Both the position numbers and the translations under genes were made by a program. Positions 38,882 through 50,063 of a stretch of DNA of 64,000 bases are shown in pieces. The notes below the pieces were generated by a model, which was not told the DNA's origin, ran no database searches, and was given only the letters and a program-made list of their open reading frames with translations. The DNA lies in contig CAZBGY010000001.1 in NCBI GenBank assembly GCA_964491605.1, positions 99,461 through 163,460 on the forward strand. Direction: 5' to 3'. How positions within the stretch are numbered: the stretch's first letter is position 1; each line of letters opens with the position of its first letter. Source of the stretch: an uncultured Candidatus Bathyarchaeia archaeon (GTDB lineage Archaea > Thermoproteota > CALKCG01 > B24 > DRYS01).

Positions 38882-40251
38882 CTAGATAGACTCTCCACTA
38901 TCTCGGTTACAAGCTTTGTGTATTCTTCCGCTAACTTTTCAGCTCTCTCATATGATGGTGCTTCGGCTATAATCCTGTATATGGATTCTGTTCCGCTAGG
39001 CCTTACGAGAACCCATTCTCTATCTTTAAACCATACTTTTAATCCATCTATCTTCTCTATCCTTTCACCTATACCTTCAACTTCCTCTTCGAGCATAGAT
39101 AAAACCTTATACTTAACCTCCTCTCGGCATGGAACCTTCCTCTTTACTATATGGTAGATCGGAAGAGTCGATAGAGCTTCAGATAGATTCATCTCTCTTA
39201 CCGCAAGTATATGTAGTATTAAAGCGGTTGTCATACCTCCATCCCTTACAGGCTGATGCGGTCCATAGAATACCCCTCCATTCTCCTCCCCCCCTAGCTC
39301 AGCGTTCATTCTCTTCATGGTCCACGATACATCTACGCTTCCAACTTTGACCCGCACCACTTTTCCACCCCTCTTACCAGCTATATCATCGACGATTTGC
39401 GATGTACTTACAGGCGTAACCAATACCGTTCCAGGCTTTAAGCTCATTACGTAATCCTCTATTAACGCTAGGCTTCTATCCCCAGGATGGAATACACCGT
39501 TCTCATCTACGAATACAGCTCTATCCCCATCCCCATCGTAAGCTACACCTAAATCAGCATCAAAGATTTTAACAGCTTTCATGAGTCCACCTAGATTTTC
39601 CTCAGAAGGCTCTGGAGGTCTACCCGGGAACATTCCGTCTATATAGTCGTTTATGGTATAGACTTCGCACCCTAAAGCTTTAAGGATGTATGGAATCGTT
39701 AAAGCTGCTACACTATTTCCAAGATCTACTACGACTCTATACTTATGTCTAGCGATGAGATCCCTATCCACATGTCTAACTACGGCTTCTATATACCTCT
39801 CGATAGATCCCGTAATACTCCTTACCTTACCCACCTTACTCCATTCTGCAAGTTTATAGTTTCCTTCGAAGAAGATGGCTTCTATCCTCTCCTCTTCCTC
39901 GCGTGATATTTCAACACCATCCGGCCCGCATACTTTCACGCCTATATACTCTGGAGGATTATGGGATGCTGTGAATATGATGCATCCATTCACCGCGTTG
40001 AACCTTGCATCATGCTGGATAACAGGGGTAGGTGCTAATCCTGCATCTAGTACCTCGCATCCAGCTGCGAGTAAGCCTGAAACCGTAGCATCCCTCGCTA
40101 TAGGGCTTCCAATCCTTCCATCCATACCTACGAGTATTTTCCCTCCTTCGAAATACGTTCCTATAGCATACCCTAGTTTAACTAGGGTCTCTACGGTTAT
40201 ACTCTTGTTAAGTATACCTCTAACACCATTTGTACCGAATAGTTTGCGCAT
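38878..40251 (-). CDS. Phosphohexomutase (PMM/PGM/GlmM)
   Basis: LFGTNGVRG, TASHNP, DGDGDR, GGEENG, RPSGTE. Confidence 0.93.
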   Translation of the reverse strand: MRKLFGTNGVRGILNKSITVETLVKLGYAIGTYFEGGKILVGMDGRIGSPIARDATVSGLLAAGCEVLDAGLAPTPVIQHDARFNAVNGCIIFTASHNPPEYIGVKVCGPDGVEISREEEERIEAIFFEGNYKLAEWSKVGKVRSITGSIERYIEAVVRHVDRDLIARHKYRVVVDLGNSVAALTIPYILKALGCEVYTINDYIDGMFPGRPPEPSEENLGGLMKAVKIFDADLGVAYDGDGDRAVFVDENGVFHPGDRSLALIEDYVMSLKPGTVLVTPVSTSQIVDDIAGKRGGKVVRVKVGSVDVSWTMKRMNAELGGEENGGVFYGPHQPVRDGGMTTALILHILAVREMNLSEALSTLPIYHIVKRKVPCREEVKYKVLSMLEEEVEGIGERIEKIDGLKVWFKDREWVLVRPSGTESIYRIIAEAPSYERAEKLAEEYTKLVTEIVESLSS

Positions 40252-40686
40252 ATCTGCTGATATATTCTGATGATATATCGCCTAAATAATGTTTTCGGGG
40301 GTAGTTAAACGTAAAATAGCTGCGAACTATGATTTGATATATATAAATTTAATACAATATTTACTTCAATAGCTAATATAATCGCTATCAAATGTATCTC
40401 GGTGTCAGTTAAAGTGATCACTACTTAACTTGTATGTAAGCGAATCTAGGCTTAGTAGGTTGAATGAATCACCGGTCTATCCTCTTAGATATGATAGGCC
40501 CCCGCCATATGGATAAACATCTATCCAACCATTTCTAGACGATTATAGGGGAAGAAAATCCTCAAGATATCTAGGATGGATGAAAAATATCTGTTAGCTT
40601 AACTGCACATTCCACATACGTAAGCTCTTAAGGGTTAAACTTTGCTGGATATACTGATTATTCACGCTATGGGTCGGCGGAACTCT

Positions 40687-40830
40687 ATGCGTCTTGTAAC
40701 AGTCAAGTTACCGGAAGCGGTAGTGGAAGGTATAGATGAGCTTGTTAAGACAGGCTTCTATCCTAGTAGGAGTGCTGTTATAAGAGCTGCTGTGAGAGAT
40801 CTGTTGAGAAGGGAGTTATGGAGAAGTTAA
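40687..40830 (+). CDS. Ribbon-helix-helix regulator, CdrS/CopG-like (start taken at ATG 40687)
   Basis: [10 protein letters not shown]...IDELV..G.YPSRS.VIR.AVRDLL. Confidence 0.85.
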   Translation: MRLVTVKLPEAVVEGIDELVKTGFYPSRSAVIRAAVRDLLRRELWRS

Positions 40831-41580
40831 CACATGGTTGATATACTCCATCAATCTTCTAGCTTCCTCTCTCGGATTCTGAGAATAGAGTATACTCCTA
40901 CCTATTATGATGTATCTAGCTCCAGATTTTAATGCATCTGTTATGGATCCTCCTTGAACACCTATTCCCGGTGAGTATATAGGAATATCCTCTTTCAATA
41001 TACCGTAAACTTCACGTATAATATCGGCTCTCGTAGCTCCTACTATCACCCCATCGCATCCCCATTGTAGAGCTCTATATGCGAATACCTTGTAAAACGG
41101 TTGTATTCCTTCATCTTCCACGATAATCTTACCATAACCTTCCGCTGCGCCTCTATGACTCATATAGGTTAGAAGTATAACTCCGCCACATCTATTGTTA
41201 GCTTCTCTGATTATAGCATCTACTCCGTCAGCCCAGCCTATGAACGGGTTCACCGTTACAGCATCAAACCCTGCATCCATCAGATACCTTACCGCAACCT
41301 CGTTGGTCGAACCTATATCATTAAGCTTACAGTCAGCTATGCATTGTAGCCCCAATTCATGTGCCTTAGAAGTTATCTTAGATATCTCGGGTAAACTTAA
41401 CGGTAATAAGAGATGCCAGTTTAATTTAACTCCACATATACAATCGGATAGTTTTTCTAGCATCTCTAAAGCATAGCTCTCCAGTTTAGATGTGTCTATA
41501 CCGACTGGATCTAGGGAGAGTATTAATCTCGTATTTCTATTAACCGAAGCCTCTTCTATACGGTATTTAAACCTCTTCAT
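40816..41580 (-). CDS. pyrF: Orotidine 5'-phosphate decarboxylase
   Basis: [29 protein letters not shown]. Confidence 0.95.
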   Translation of the reverse strand: MKRFKYRIEEASVNRNTRLILSLDPVGIDTSKLESYALEMLEKLSDCICGVKLNWHLLLPLSLPEISKITSKAHELGLQCIADCKLNDIGSTNEVAVRYLMDAGFDAVTVNPFIGWADGVDAIIREANNRCGGVILLTYMSHRGAAEGYGKIIVEDEGIQPFYKVFAYRALQWGCDGVIVGATRADIIREVYGILKEDIPIYSPGIGVQGGSITDALKSGARYIIIGRSILYSQNPREEARRLMEYINHVLTSP

Positions 41581-41629
41581 GTCAGGTTAGCTTTATGCCT
41601 CTCGCTCGAAGATAAATTTACGCTGGGTT

Positions 41630-42376
41630 ATGAAGGTTAACGTCGGGTGTTGCGGCTTCGCCGTGAAGGGTGGTAGGAAGGCGTACTATAAGCTATTCGA
41701 TCTAGTCGAGCTTCAATCGACATTCTATCAGCTTCCGAATCCAGATACTGCTAGGAATTGGAGGAAGGAAGCTCCTGAACGGTTTGAATTCACGTTAAAA
41801 GCTTGGCAAGCTATAACTCACCCAGTAGATAGTCCTACTTGGAGAAAGGCTAGATGGAAGCCGCCTCCAGAGAAATGTTCAAGATACGGATGGTTGAAGC
41901 CTACAGAGGAGAATATAGAAGCTTGGAATATGACCTTGGAGATAGCTAGGATCCTACGTAGCAAGATCGTAGTCATCCAGTGTCCCCCCTCTTTCCAGGC
42001 TACTGAAGAGAATGTATCCGGGTTAAAGAGGTTCTTCGAGCGTGTACATGTTGAAGGTTTAATTATAGCGTGGGAGCCTAGACATAGTTCATGGAGTTAT
42101 GATTTGATTAGATCTATATGCTCAGAGCTAAATCTGATCCACGTAGTAGATCCGTTCAAAGATAAATGCGTCACCGAGGATACTAGCCCAGTATACTATA
42201 GGCTTCACGGTCTAGGTAGTAGACCTTACGTCTACAGATATACTGATAGCGATCTGAAAACCTTATATCACCAATATGTAAGCCCCCTAGTGGAAAGAGG
42301 GATCGAAATCTATCTACTATGGAATAACGTATATATGGCTCAAGATGCTGAGAGATTCAAGAAACTATACTTATGA
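41630..42376 (+). CDS. DUF72 family protein
   Basis: VGCCGF, VELQSTFY, KAWQAITH, QCPPSF, WEPR, Y.RLHG. Confidence 0.92.
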   Translation: MKVNVGCCGFAVKGGRKAYYKLFDLVELQSTFYQLPNPDTARNWRKEAPERFEFTLKAWQAITHPVDSPTWRKARWKPPPEKCSRYGWLKPTEENIEAWNMTLEIARILRSKIVVIQCPPSFQATEENVSGLKRFFERVHVEGLIIAWEPRHSSWSYDLIRSICSELNLIHVVDPFKDKCVTEDTSPVYYRLHGLGSRPYVYRYTDSDLKTLYHQYVSPLVERGIEIYLLWNNVYMAQDAERFKKLYL

Positions 42377-42505
42377 GGTAGTATAACCCCTACCGCTAAG
42401 CTATAACCACACTACGATATACCAGTTTAAGGTCAACACCATGCTTACAAAAATCCGCTAATCGTTTAATCGATCCGTAATCCTTAGCATAGATGGCATC
42501 TTCGA

Positions 42506-43288
42506 TTATAGTTCTCCACATGTGCAGAATACCTCCCTACAAGCATCGTACAGTCTATCTAAGCCCTTCCTCGTTTTAGCTGATACAGCTATCACATTAC
42601 CTGTATGTTTGGAATATTTATGAGCTAGATCCGCTAATACCATAGCTAGATCTGTCGATGCACCAAGCCCCTCCTCTGCTATCTTCCTTCTAAATTTCTC
42701 CGGGTCGTTTAGTAGGGTTAGTATAGCCTCTGCCTCCGGTAGATCCGATTTATTCAGGATGGATATACATGGTATACCCAACCTTATCTGCGTAGCTACA
42801 GCTAAGCTTAGGGCTACCGATAGATCTGAAGCAGTCTTAGCTAGCGTCGGATCGAATATGTATACTCCTAGACTCCTACCGATTCTCCCGAGAAATTCCG
42901 CTATGATCGGACCTGTATCCCTAAACACGAATATCTCCATCTGTCCAGGTGTATCTATCAACGTAAACTCCGATTTTATCCTGGAGATTTCCAAAGCTAT
43001 TTCGCCGCTATATTCTTTCATAAGTTCGGCTGCTCTTATAATCGCTCCGTTAGGGCCAAGTCCCTCCTTCCTCATTAAATCCTCGACTGTGAAGAAGCTT
43101 CTAATATCGAAGTCAGGTTTAAACGGTGTATATATGCATCCAGGATCTAAGTTTACATAGCCGACATCTGCCTCAGCTTCATTCTCTAGCCACAATCCGA
43201 AGGAGTGCGTGAGGCTGGATTTACCTGAACCAGCAGTGCCTATGAACAGTATATACATAGCTCCCAGCTTAGATGCTTTGAGATCCAT
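42506..43288 (-). CDS. GPN-loop GTPase
   Basis: GTAGSGKS, VNLDPG, LGPNG, DTPGQME, NKSD. Confidence 0.93.
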   Translation of the reverse strand: MDLKASKLGAMYILFIGTAGSGKSSLTHSFGLWLENEAEADVGYVNLDPGCIYTPFKPDFDIRSFFTVEDLMRKEGLGPNGAIIRAAELMKEYSGEIALEISRIKSEFTLIDTPGQMEIFVFRDTGPIIAEFLGRIGRSLGVYIFDPTLAKTASDLSVALSLAVATQIRLGIPCISILNKSDLPEAEAILTLLNDPEKFRRKIAEEGLGASTDLAMVLADLAHKYSKHTGNVIAVSAKTRKGLDRLYDACREVFCTCGEL

Positions 43289-43382
43289 CTGTTCTATCTA
43301 AGCTTTTACCTTCCTCGCACTTACAACTCTAGATGATATTTATAAGCTGGTAGTATCTTTTATCCAACATAGGTTTGAAGAG

Positions 43383-44837
43383 ATGTCGTCTCATATTCCT
43401 CTTAGAAGGGTAGAAGAGTATGTGTGGGAGATATCTAAGGATTTCAAGCCCGGTATGCGTGTACCATGTAGAATATACGCCGATGAAGTTCTACTAGAGA
43501 AGATGAAGAGTGATATGACTCTCGTACAATGCGCGAATGTAGCTCATCTTCCAGGTATTTATAAGTGGTCTTTAACAATGCCTGATGGGCATGAAGGTTA
43601 CGGCTTTCCCATAGGAGGTGTAGCCGCTACAGATTATGAGGAGGGAGTTTTGAGTCCTGGAGGTGTTGGTTACGATATAAATTGCGGTGTACGCTTGATA
43701 AGAACAGACCTAGACGTACGCGATATTAGGCCTGTATTAAGTAAGCTGATAGATATAATCTTCCACTACGTACCTTCGGGTTTAGGAAGCAAAGGTAGGA
43801 TAAGGGTTACTCAAAGTGAACTTGATAGGGCTGTTTCTGAAGGTGTAGCATGGGCTATAAAAGCTGGTTATGGATGGTCTGAGGATGCTGAGAGATGCGA
43901 AGAGGAAGGCTGTATGAAGGCAGCTGATCCTAGTAAGGTCTCATCTACAGCTAAACAGAGGGGTATCGGTCAGATAGGTAGCCTTGGGAGCGGGAATCAC
44001 TTCCTGGAGATAGATGTCGTCGATAAGATATATGATGAAAGAGTTGCACGTAGATTCGGTATAGATAGGGAAGGACAGGTTATGGTGCTTGTTCACACTG
44101 GCAGTAGAGGTTATGGCCATCAGATATGTAGCGATTACCTAAGAGTTATGGAGAGAGCTGTGCATAAGTATGGTTTAAAACTACCGGATCGTGAGCTTGC
44201 ATGTGCACCTGCTAAAAGCCGGGAGCTTGAAGACTACTTCGCAGCTATGTCTTGTGCATGTAATTTTGCATGGGTGAATAGGCAGCTTATAACCCATTGG
44301 GTGCGAGAAGCCTTCAAGAATATACTTAAGAGGGATCCGGAAGATTTAGGTATGCATCTAGTATATGATGTTGCTCATAATATAGCTAAAGTCGAGGAAC
44401 ATACGATCGATGGTAGAAGAGTCAAGGTCTTCGTACATAGAAAGGGCGCTACTAGAGCATTTCCAGCAGGGCATCCGGATGTACCATCCGAGTATAGGGA
44501 TGTGGGTCAACCTGTACTTATACCTGGAAGTATGGGTACTGCATCATGGGTTCTCGTAGGTGATCCTAAAGCTATGGAGATAAGCTTCGGATCGACTGCT
44601 CATGGTGCTGGTCGAGTTTTAAGTAGAGAGGCGGCTAAGAAGAGGTATCCGAGCAGCGAAGTCGTGAGAAAGCTGGAGAAGCAGGGTATAATTATACGCG
44701 CCGAAAGCATGGCGGTCGTGAGCGAAGAAGCTCCTGAAGCATATAAAGATGTGGATAGAGTAGTGGAAGTAAGCCATAATGTAGGTATAGCACGTAAGGT
44801 TGCTCGTCTACTACCTCTCGCGGTCGCGAAAGGCTAG
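43383..44837 (+). CDS. rtcB: RNA-splicing ligase RtcB
   Basis: MPDGHEGYGFPIGG, GYDINCG, GSGNHF, HNIAK, HRKGAT, PGSMG, HGAGR, YKD. Confidence 0.97.
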   Translation: MSSHIPLRRVEEYVWEISKDFKPGMRVPCRIYADEVLLEKMKSDMTLVQCANVAHLPGIYKWSLTMPDGHEGYGFPIGGVAATDYEEGVLSPGGVGYDINCGVRLIRTDLDVRDIRPVLSKLIDIIFHYVPSGLGSKGRIRVTQSELDRAVSEGVAWAIKAGYGWSEDAERCEEEGCMKAADPSKVSSTAKQRGIGQIGSLGSGNHFLEIDVVDKIYDERVARRFGIDREGQVMVLVHTGSRGYGHQICSDYLRVMERAVHKYGLKLPDRELACAPAKSRELEDYFAAMSCACNFAWVNRQLITHWVREAFKNILKRDPEDLGMHLVYDVAHNIAKVEEHTIDGRRVKVFVHRKGATRAFPAGHPDVPSEYRDVGQPVLIPGSMGTASWVLVGDPKAMEISFGSTAHGAGRVLSREAAKKRYPSSEVVRKLEKQGIIIRAESMAVVSEEAPEAYKDVDRVVEVSHNVGIARKVARLLPLAVAKG

Positions 44838-44917
44838 ATCTCCAAAGTTTTAGCACGGTTATTCATCTATGTAGATGTGATACATATAATCTATTCCTAG
44901 GTTAGCTTGTATGCCGC

Positions 44918-45707
44918 TTATTTTCTTTTAGCTTTTACGAAAAGATAACTTCTATGATACTTGAAGCCTAACTTCTCATACAGTTTTATCGCAGGGTAAT
45001 TATCCATATATCGATACGATATTCGGTATCTATCAGAAGTTTCTCGAGGAGTTTTAGATAAGACTGAAGTAGCATAGCTCATCCTTCTATAATGTTCATG
45101 GATAGTTACCACTCCTACGTGAGCTATAGTGCATTCTCCTAGCTTAAATGGTTTTCTCTCAGAAGCTATCGAAACGATCCTTCCGTCAGCTTTCATGTCG
45201 AACCATAACCCTCCTTCAGCTATGCTTTTAGTAATAGCTTCATGGGTAGTATTCCTCCACCAATCTGGCTTTATACTTCTCATTAAATTAGCTTCTTCCG
45301 CGTATTCTGGTTCTAACGTGAAAGCCTCGTGGATGATGTAAAGTTTTTCTTCTTCTCTCTTAAGCTTCATCATATCATCGTATGGATGGAATCTATGTTA
45401 TACTTCGAAGATAGTATAGGTAAATGTTCTTGGTATATCGATCCCTCTACATAGTCTATATCAAGCCTCTCTAGAAGTCTAGAGATAATACCTTCAGCTC
45501 CTCTAAGATTGATAATCCTATGTTTATAGATAAGCATTGAACCTTCGATTTCTTCATCGCTTAGAGCTAAGTATATTTCCGTATTAGCTTCATCATTGAT
45601 ATAATCCATCATGAAGAATAGGTAATCTAATGGATCTTCTTCGATTAGCTTTAGAACGTCTTCTCTAAATTCTTATCCAGTAATACTACTCGGAAGTTAC
45701 TATTCAT
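44918..45707 (-). pseudogene. Frameshifted GNAT acetyltransferase (or sequencing errors)
   Basis: ATG 45707 MNSNFRVVLLDK; shift near 45670 into ...EDPLDYLFFMMDY...; shift near 45372 into a part with HYRRMSYAT and N.PAIKLYEKLGF. Confidence 0.75.
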
Positions 45708-45830
45708 TTCATGTTAGAAGAATCCTCTGATTACAATAAATAGCTTACCATTGATTATCGATAGCTAGGTTTATCATCATAGTTCATAGCTATCTTTATA
45801 ATAGTAGCTTACTAATCATATGTACTAGGT

Positions 45831-48251
45831 TTGGTGGAATTCATCTTAGCTGGTAATGCGCATATAGATCCAGTATGGCTTTGGAGATGGTTTGAAGGAT
45901 ACTGGACCGTAAGGTATACTGTCAGACGTGTAGTAGATCTTATGGAGAAATACCCCTCCGCAGTATTCGTATTCTCTTCTTCGATTATGTATCAATGGCT
46001 TGAGGAATGTGAACCTCTGCTCTTCGGGAAGGTTAGGAAGCTTGTAGAGGAGGGTAGGTGGATCCCGGTTGGTGGATGGATAGTCGAACCAGATTGTAAT
46101 ATTCCGTGTGGAGAATCATATATACGTCAAGCTCTCTATGGTAAACGTTACTTTAAAGAGAAGTTAGGGGTTGACGTCGTAATCGGTTACAATATAGATA
46201 GCTTCGGACATAACGCTATGCTACCTCAAATACTCAGGAAATCCGGATATAAGTACTACATCTTCATGAGACCTAACAGTTACGAGAAAAATCTCCCTAC
46301 TGTATTCTTCTGGGAATCTCCTGATGGTAGTAGAATCCTAGCTTACAGACATCCTGTAAGCTACGCATTATCTGGCACTTCTTTCGTAGAGGCTTTAAAA
46401 AATCTCTCTTTGAATCCTCCTTTACCAGTCATTCTTATACTATTCGGTAAAGGTGATCATGGAAGTGGACCAACAGATAACGATATAAGAATGCTGGATT
46501 TACTCGTAGAGAAGCTTGAAGGCTGCTCTATTGAATTCGCTAATCCAGAAAAATTCTTTAAACGTATTATGGAGATGAATCTGGAAATACCTGTCGTTAG
46601 AGACGAATTACAGCATCACGCGGTTGGATGCTACTCCGTACTTTCAGAGATTAAGGCATTGAATAGGCGGGCTGAGTATAGTCTTATGGCTGCAGAGAGG
46701 CTATCCACACTGGCCTACTCAATAGCTAATCTCAGCTATCCTAGAGATAAACTTAGAAGGGGATGGATGCTCACGCTCTTCTGCCAGTTTCACGATTCGT
46801 TAGCTGGAACATGCATCCCAGATGCATACGCAGATATACGGAGTATGTATGGCGAATCTATAAACTTAGCTTATGAGTCTATCAATTTAGCAGCGCAAAG
46901 AATATCGTCCATGATAGATACGAGGGATAGTCAAGCCCTTATAATATTCAATCCTACTGGTTTGCATGTTACGTTCCCTATCGAAGTAGAGCCTTGGCCT
47001 GGGGATTACATGATCTTAGATCCGGATAGCGGTAAACCCATACTTATCCAAGATGTTAATCCATCCTCCGTTACAGGCCGTAGAAAGGTATTATTTATTG
47101 CAGATGTACCTGCTCTGGGTTATAAATCGTACAAATTTATCGATACTCTTAATACATGTAAATATGAATGTGAAGGTATTATCGAAGCGTCTAGTACTAG
47201 AATAGAAAACGATTATTTTGTAATAGAGGTAGATTCAGAGAATGGCGGTATTAAAACGCTTTACGATAAGAGGATCGGTGTAAATATATTTAGAGGATAT
47301 GGAGCTTCACCTATAGTTCTAAAGGATGAAAGTGATACGTGGAGTCACGGTGTATCCGCGTATAGGTATGAGGAGGGCAGATTTAAAGATGCAGAAGTTT
47401 CACTTATAGAATCTGGTCCTGTAAGAGCAACTCTTAGTGTTAAAGCCAGATTTTCCAACTCCATCATACAACAGAATATATCGCTTTATAGAAATCTCGA
47501 TTTCGTGGATGTTAGAGTTAAACTAGATTGGAGAGAAAAACATAGAATGCTTAAGCTATCCTTTCCAGTTAACCTAGATTCCTCCATAGTTACCTACGAG
47601 ATTCCATACGGTACTATAGCTAGGATAGCTAATGGAAAGGAAGAACCCGGGCAAAGATGGGTTGATGTATCAGGTATACTGTATACGCCGCGTAAGAAGA
47701 TAGATTTCGGATTAACGCTGATAAACGATTCTAAGTATGGGTTTGACGCCTACGGTTCAGAGCTTCGTATGAGTATACTCAGAAGTCCGGTTTTCGCTCA
47801 TCATGATCCGCATAAACTTAAACCTGGTATAGATTATCAATACATAGACCAAGGTATACATACATTCAGATATATACTGGTACCTCACATCGGTAGCTGG
47901 AAGACGGTATTCCATAGGATATCAGAGATAGCCGAGATAATGAATACAGGTTTCTTCTACGTAGTCGAAGATCAACATGCAGGTTTCTTGCCCTCTAGAT
48001 TCTCATTAATCAACGTTGAACCATATAACGTCATACTTTCAACTTTAAAGTTATCAGAGGAATCCGATGATCTAATAATAAGACTTGTAGAATACACTGG
48101 AACTGAATGCGAATCCTCCATAACGATACCTATCTTAGATAGAGATATGAAGATTCGAATGAAGCCGTTTGAAATAAAAACATTGAGAATACCGGTAGAT
48201 AAAAGCAAACCAGTAGTAGAATGTGATCTTCTAGAAAATCCTATTGAATAG
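45831..48251 (+). CDS. Alpha-mannosidase, GH38
   Basis: AHIDPVWLW, GGW.VEPDCN.P.GES, DSFGH, GDHG.GP, QFHD.L.GT. Confidence 0.93.
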   Translation: MVEFILAGNAHIDPVWLWRWFEGYWTVRYTVRRVVDLMEKYPSAVFVFSSSIMYQWLEECEPLLFGKVRKLVEEGRWIPVGGWIVEPDCNIPCGESYIRQALYGKRYFKEKLGVDVVIGYNIDSFGHNAMLPQILRKSGYKYYIFMRPNSYEKNLPTVFFWESPDGSRILAYRHPVSYALSGTSFVEALKNLSLNPPLPVILILFGKGDHGSGPTDNDIRMLDLLVEKLEGCSIEFANPEKFFKRIMEMNLEIPVVRDELQHHAVGCYSVLSEIKALNRRAEYSLMAAERLSTLAYSIANLSYPRDKLRRGWMLTLFCQFHDSLAGTCIPDAYADIRSMYGESINLAYESINLAAQRISSMIDTRDSQALIIFNPTGLHVTFPIEVEPWPGDYMILDPDSGKPILIQDVNPSSVTGRRKVLFIADVPALGYKSYKFIDTLNTCKYECEGIIEASSTRIENDYFVIEVDSENGGIKTLYDKRIGVNIFRGYGASPIVLKDESDTWSHGVSAYRYEEGRFKDAEVSLIESGPVRATLSVKARFSNSIIQQNISLYRNLDFVDVRVKLDWREKHRMLKLSFPVNLDSSIVTYEIPYGTIARIANGKEEPGQRWVDVSGILYTPRKKIDFGLTLINDSKYGFDAYGSELRMSILRSPVFAHHDPHKLKPGIDYQYIDQGIHTFRYILVPHIGSWKTVFHRISEIAEIMNTGFFYVVEDQHAGFLPSRFSLINVEPYNVILSTLKLSEESDDLIIRLVEYTGTECESSITIPILDRDMKIRMKPFEIKTLRIPVDKSKPVVECDLLENPIE

Positions 48252-48586
48252 CATTATTCGTTTCATATCTGATCTATTCGTATCTTAAAATTGAAGCTAC
48301 ATTAACACCTACTATATAACCTTCTAATATGAAGCCGCTTGGTAGAATTGTCTATAATATAAAGAGTATAGTATTAAGTAAAACATTTAATGAAAAGTTA
48401 AGATATATTGAGAAAGGTGTTATATGACTTAAAAATTCTGAGAATATCTTTAAAATAATAGATGTAGCAACTAAGCATATGTTTGAAAATTATAAATGAG
48501 ATACATTTTGATCCACTTATACCTAAAGATTTAAGAGTTATTATCATAACTTTTTCTTCGAGAATATCTTGTCCAGATATAGTGAA

Positions 48587-48746
48587 GATGTTAAGTAGAG
48601 TAGATTTTCCAGAGCTGCTTGGACCGAGGATTGCTAAATATTTTCCTCATTTCGATTTTAAGATTCACATTCCTCAATGCTATAACTTCTGTTTCTCCAG
48701 TCCTGTAGATCTTACCGATACTATCCGCAATAACTATCCAGTTCAA
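48587..48746 (-). pseudogene. Truncated, frameshifted LolD-like ABC ATPase remnant
   Basis: TTG 48746 MNWIVIADSIGKIYRTGETEVIALRNVNLKIE; frameshift; YLAILGPSSSGKSTLLNI (decayed Walker A); similarity then ends. Confidence 0.8.
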
Positions 48747-48804
48747 TCATACATCTACCTCGGAAACCTCTTAGTCTTGTGCTCGTACTTCGATAGTCTA
48801 GAGT

Positions 48805-49296
48805 TTAAAGTTCTACAAGCTCTATACTTAAGCTTGGTAGATCTATTACAGCGGCAGTTCTCCTTCCCGATAGATATCCACAAGCTTCTCCTGGATTGAA
48901 TATTATCGTACCATCTATCTTCTTAACTTCGAATCTATGCGTATGCCCTCTAACGATAAGGTCATAAGTGTTAGATCTAGCTAATCCTTCCACTATTGCT
49001 TCGACCGTACCATGTATAAGGGCTATCTTAATCCCTTCCAACTCGAGTGTTTGAAAATCTTCTATCGTATAACCCATATCTTCTGCAGTCTTCTTAAGCA
49101 TTAGTCTCTCTCCATCAACATTACCATATACCCCTACCACCCTGCATTTCTCGACGACTAAGTTTCTCATAGTAAATGGTGCACACCAATCTCCTGCATG
49201 CAGTATCAAACCGACTCTCCTTTCCGCGAATATGCGGGTAATTTGTCGTATTGCTTCAAGGTTGTCATGCGTATCGGAGATAACGCCTATCCTCAT
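48805..49296 (-). CDS. YfcE/MJ0936 family metallophosphoesterase
   Basis: SDTHD, HAGD, GNVD, HG, GHTH, NPGE. Confidence 0.92.
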   Translation of the reverse strand: MRIGVISDTHDNLEAIRQITRIFAERRVGLILHAGDWCAPFTMRNLVVEKCRVVGVYGNVDGERLMLKKTAEDMGYTIEDFQTLELEGIKIALIHGTVEAIVEGLARSNTYDLIVRGHTHRFEVKKIDGTIIFNPGEACGYLSGRRTAAVIDLPSLSIELVEL

Positions 49297-49401
49297 ACCT
49301 TACACCGTTACTCTTCTGATGCATTAAACTTTAATGTTAAGCTTTAACTTTAATAATCTATGATGATTTACCGTATTATCGTCGGTTTAGAGGGTTGATC
49401 C

Positions 49402-49746
49402 TTGATAGAGGAATATAGGTTTGGGGTTATAAGAGTGAATGGAATAGTCTACGCCCGAGATATACTCATACTTCCGGGTGGCCAGGTTAAACCGAATTGG
49501 TGGCGTATCGAAGGCCACAAGCTTCACTTGGAGGATTTAAAGGACTTAATAGAAACTAAACCTGAGATTATAGTAGTAGGAACTGGTTTCTACGGAGCTA
49601 TGGATGTACCCTCGAATATCATGGAGGCCCTCAGGAATCAACATATCGAACTAATAGCTAGGAAGACTAGCGAAGCCGCAAAATTGTATAATGAGTTATC
49701 TTCTAGAGGTAGACGTGTAGCCGCAGCTTTACATCTTACATGCTGA
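49402..49746 (+). CDS. Mth938-like protein (DUF498)
   Basis: FG.I..NG, WW..EGH, VGTG..G, AALHLTC. Confidence 0.9.
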   Translation: MIEEYRFGVIRVNGIVYARDILILPGGQVKPNWWRIEGHKLHLEDLKDLIETKPEIIVVGTGFYGAMDVPSNIMEALRNQHIELIARKTSEAAKLYNELSSRGRRVAAALHLTC

Positions 49747-49767
49747 ATTTACTATTCATCTCCGAAT

Positions 49768-50037
49768 TCAGCCGCCTCCTGCAGGTGGAAATATATCGAT
49801 CCTGTCTCCGTCAGCTATAGGTGTATCGAGGCCGTTAAGTAGACGGATATTCCGTCCGTTAACTAGAACTATAAAGTTTCTATCGATATCGTCACCTGCT
49901 AATATAACGTTCTTAAGCTCAGGAGCAGACTCCAGTATATCCATCAATTTTACACCCTCTTTTTCAAGCTCTACGATTCTAGACTCCCATCCAGTCTTCT
50001 CCTTTATAAATGCGTATACATGTATCGTAACCTTCAT
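49768..50037 (-). CDS. Ubiquitin-like sulfur carrier (MoaD/ThiS/SAMP)
   Basis: Beta-grasp pattern, VLVNG, C-terminal FPPAGGG. Confidence 0.92.
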   Translation of the reverse strand: MKVTIHVYAFIKEKTGWESRIVELEKEGVKLMDILESAPELKNVILAGDDIDRNFIVLVNGRNIRLLNGLDTPIADGDRIDIFPPAGGG

Positions 50038-50063
50038 ATCATAACGAATATTTCACGTTGATG

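Noticed and set aside
48483-48899. 138-aa plus-strand ORF
   Set aside because: It is antisense to the ABC ATPase remnant and to the end of the phosphoesterase, with no recognisable motif.
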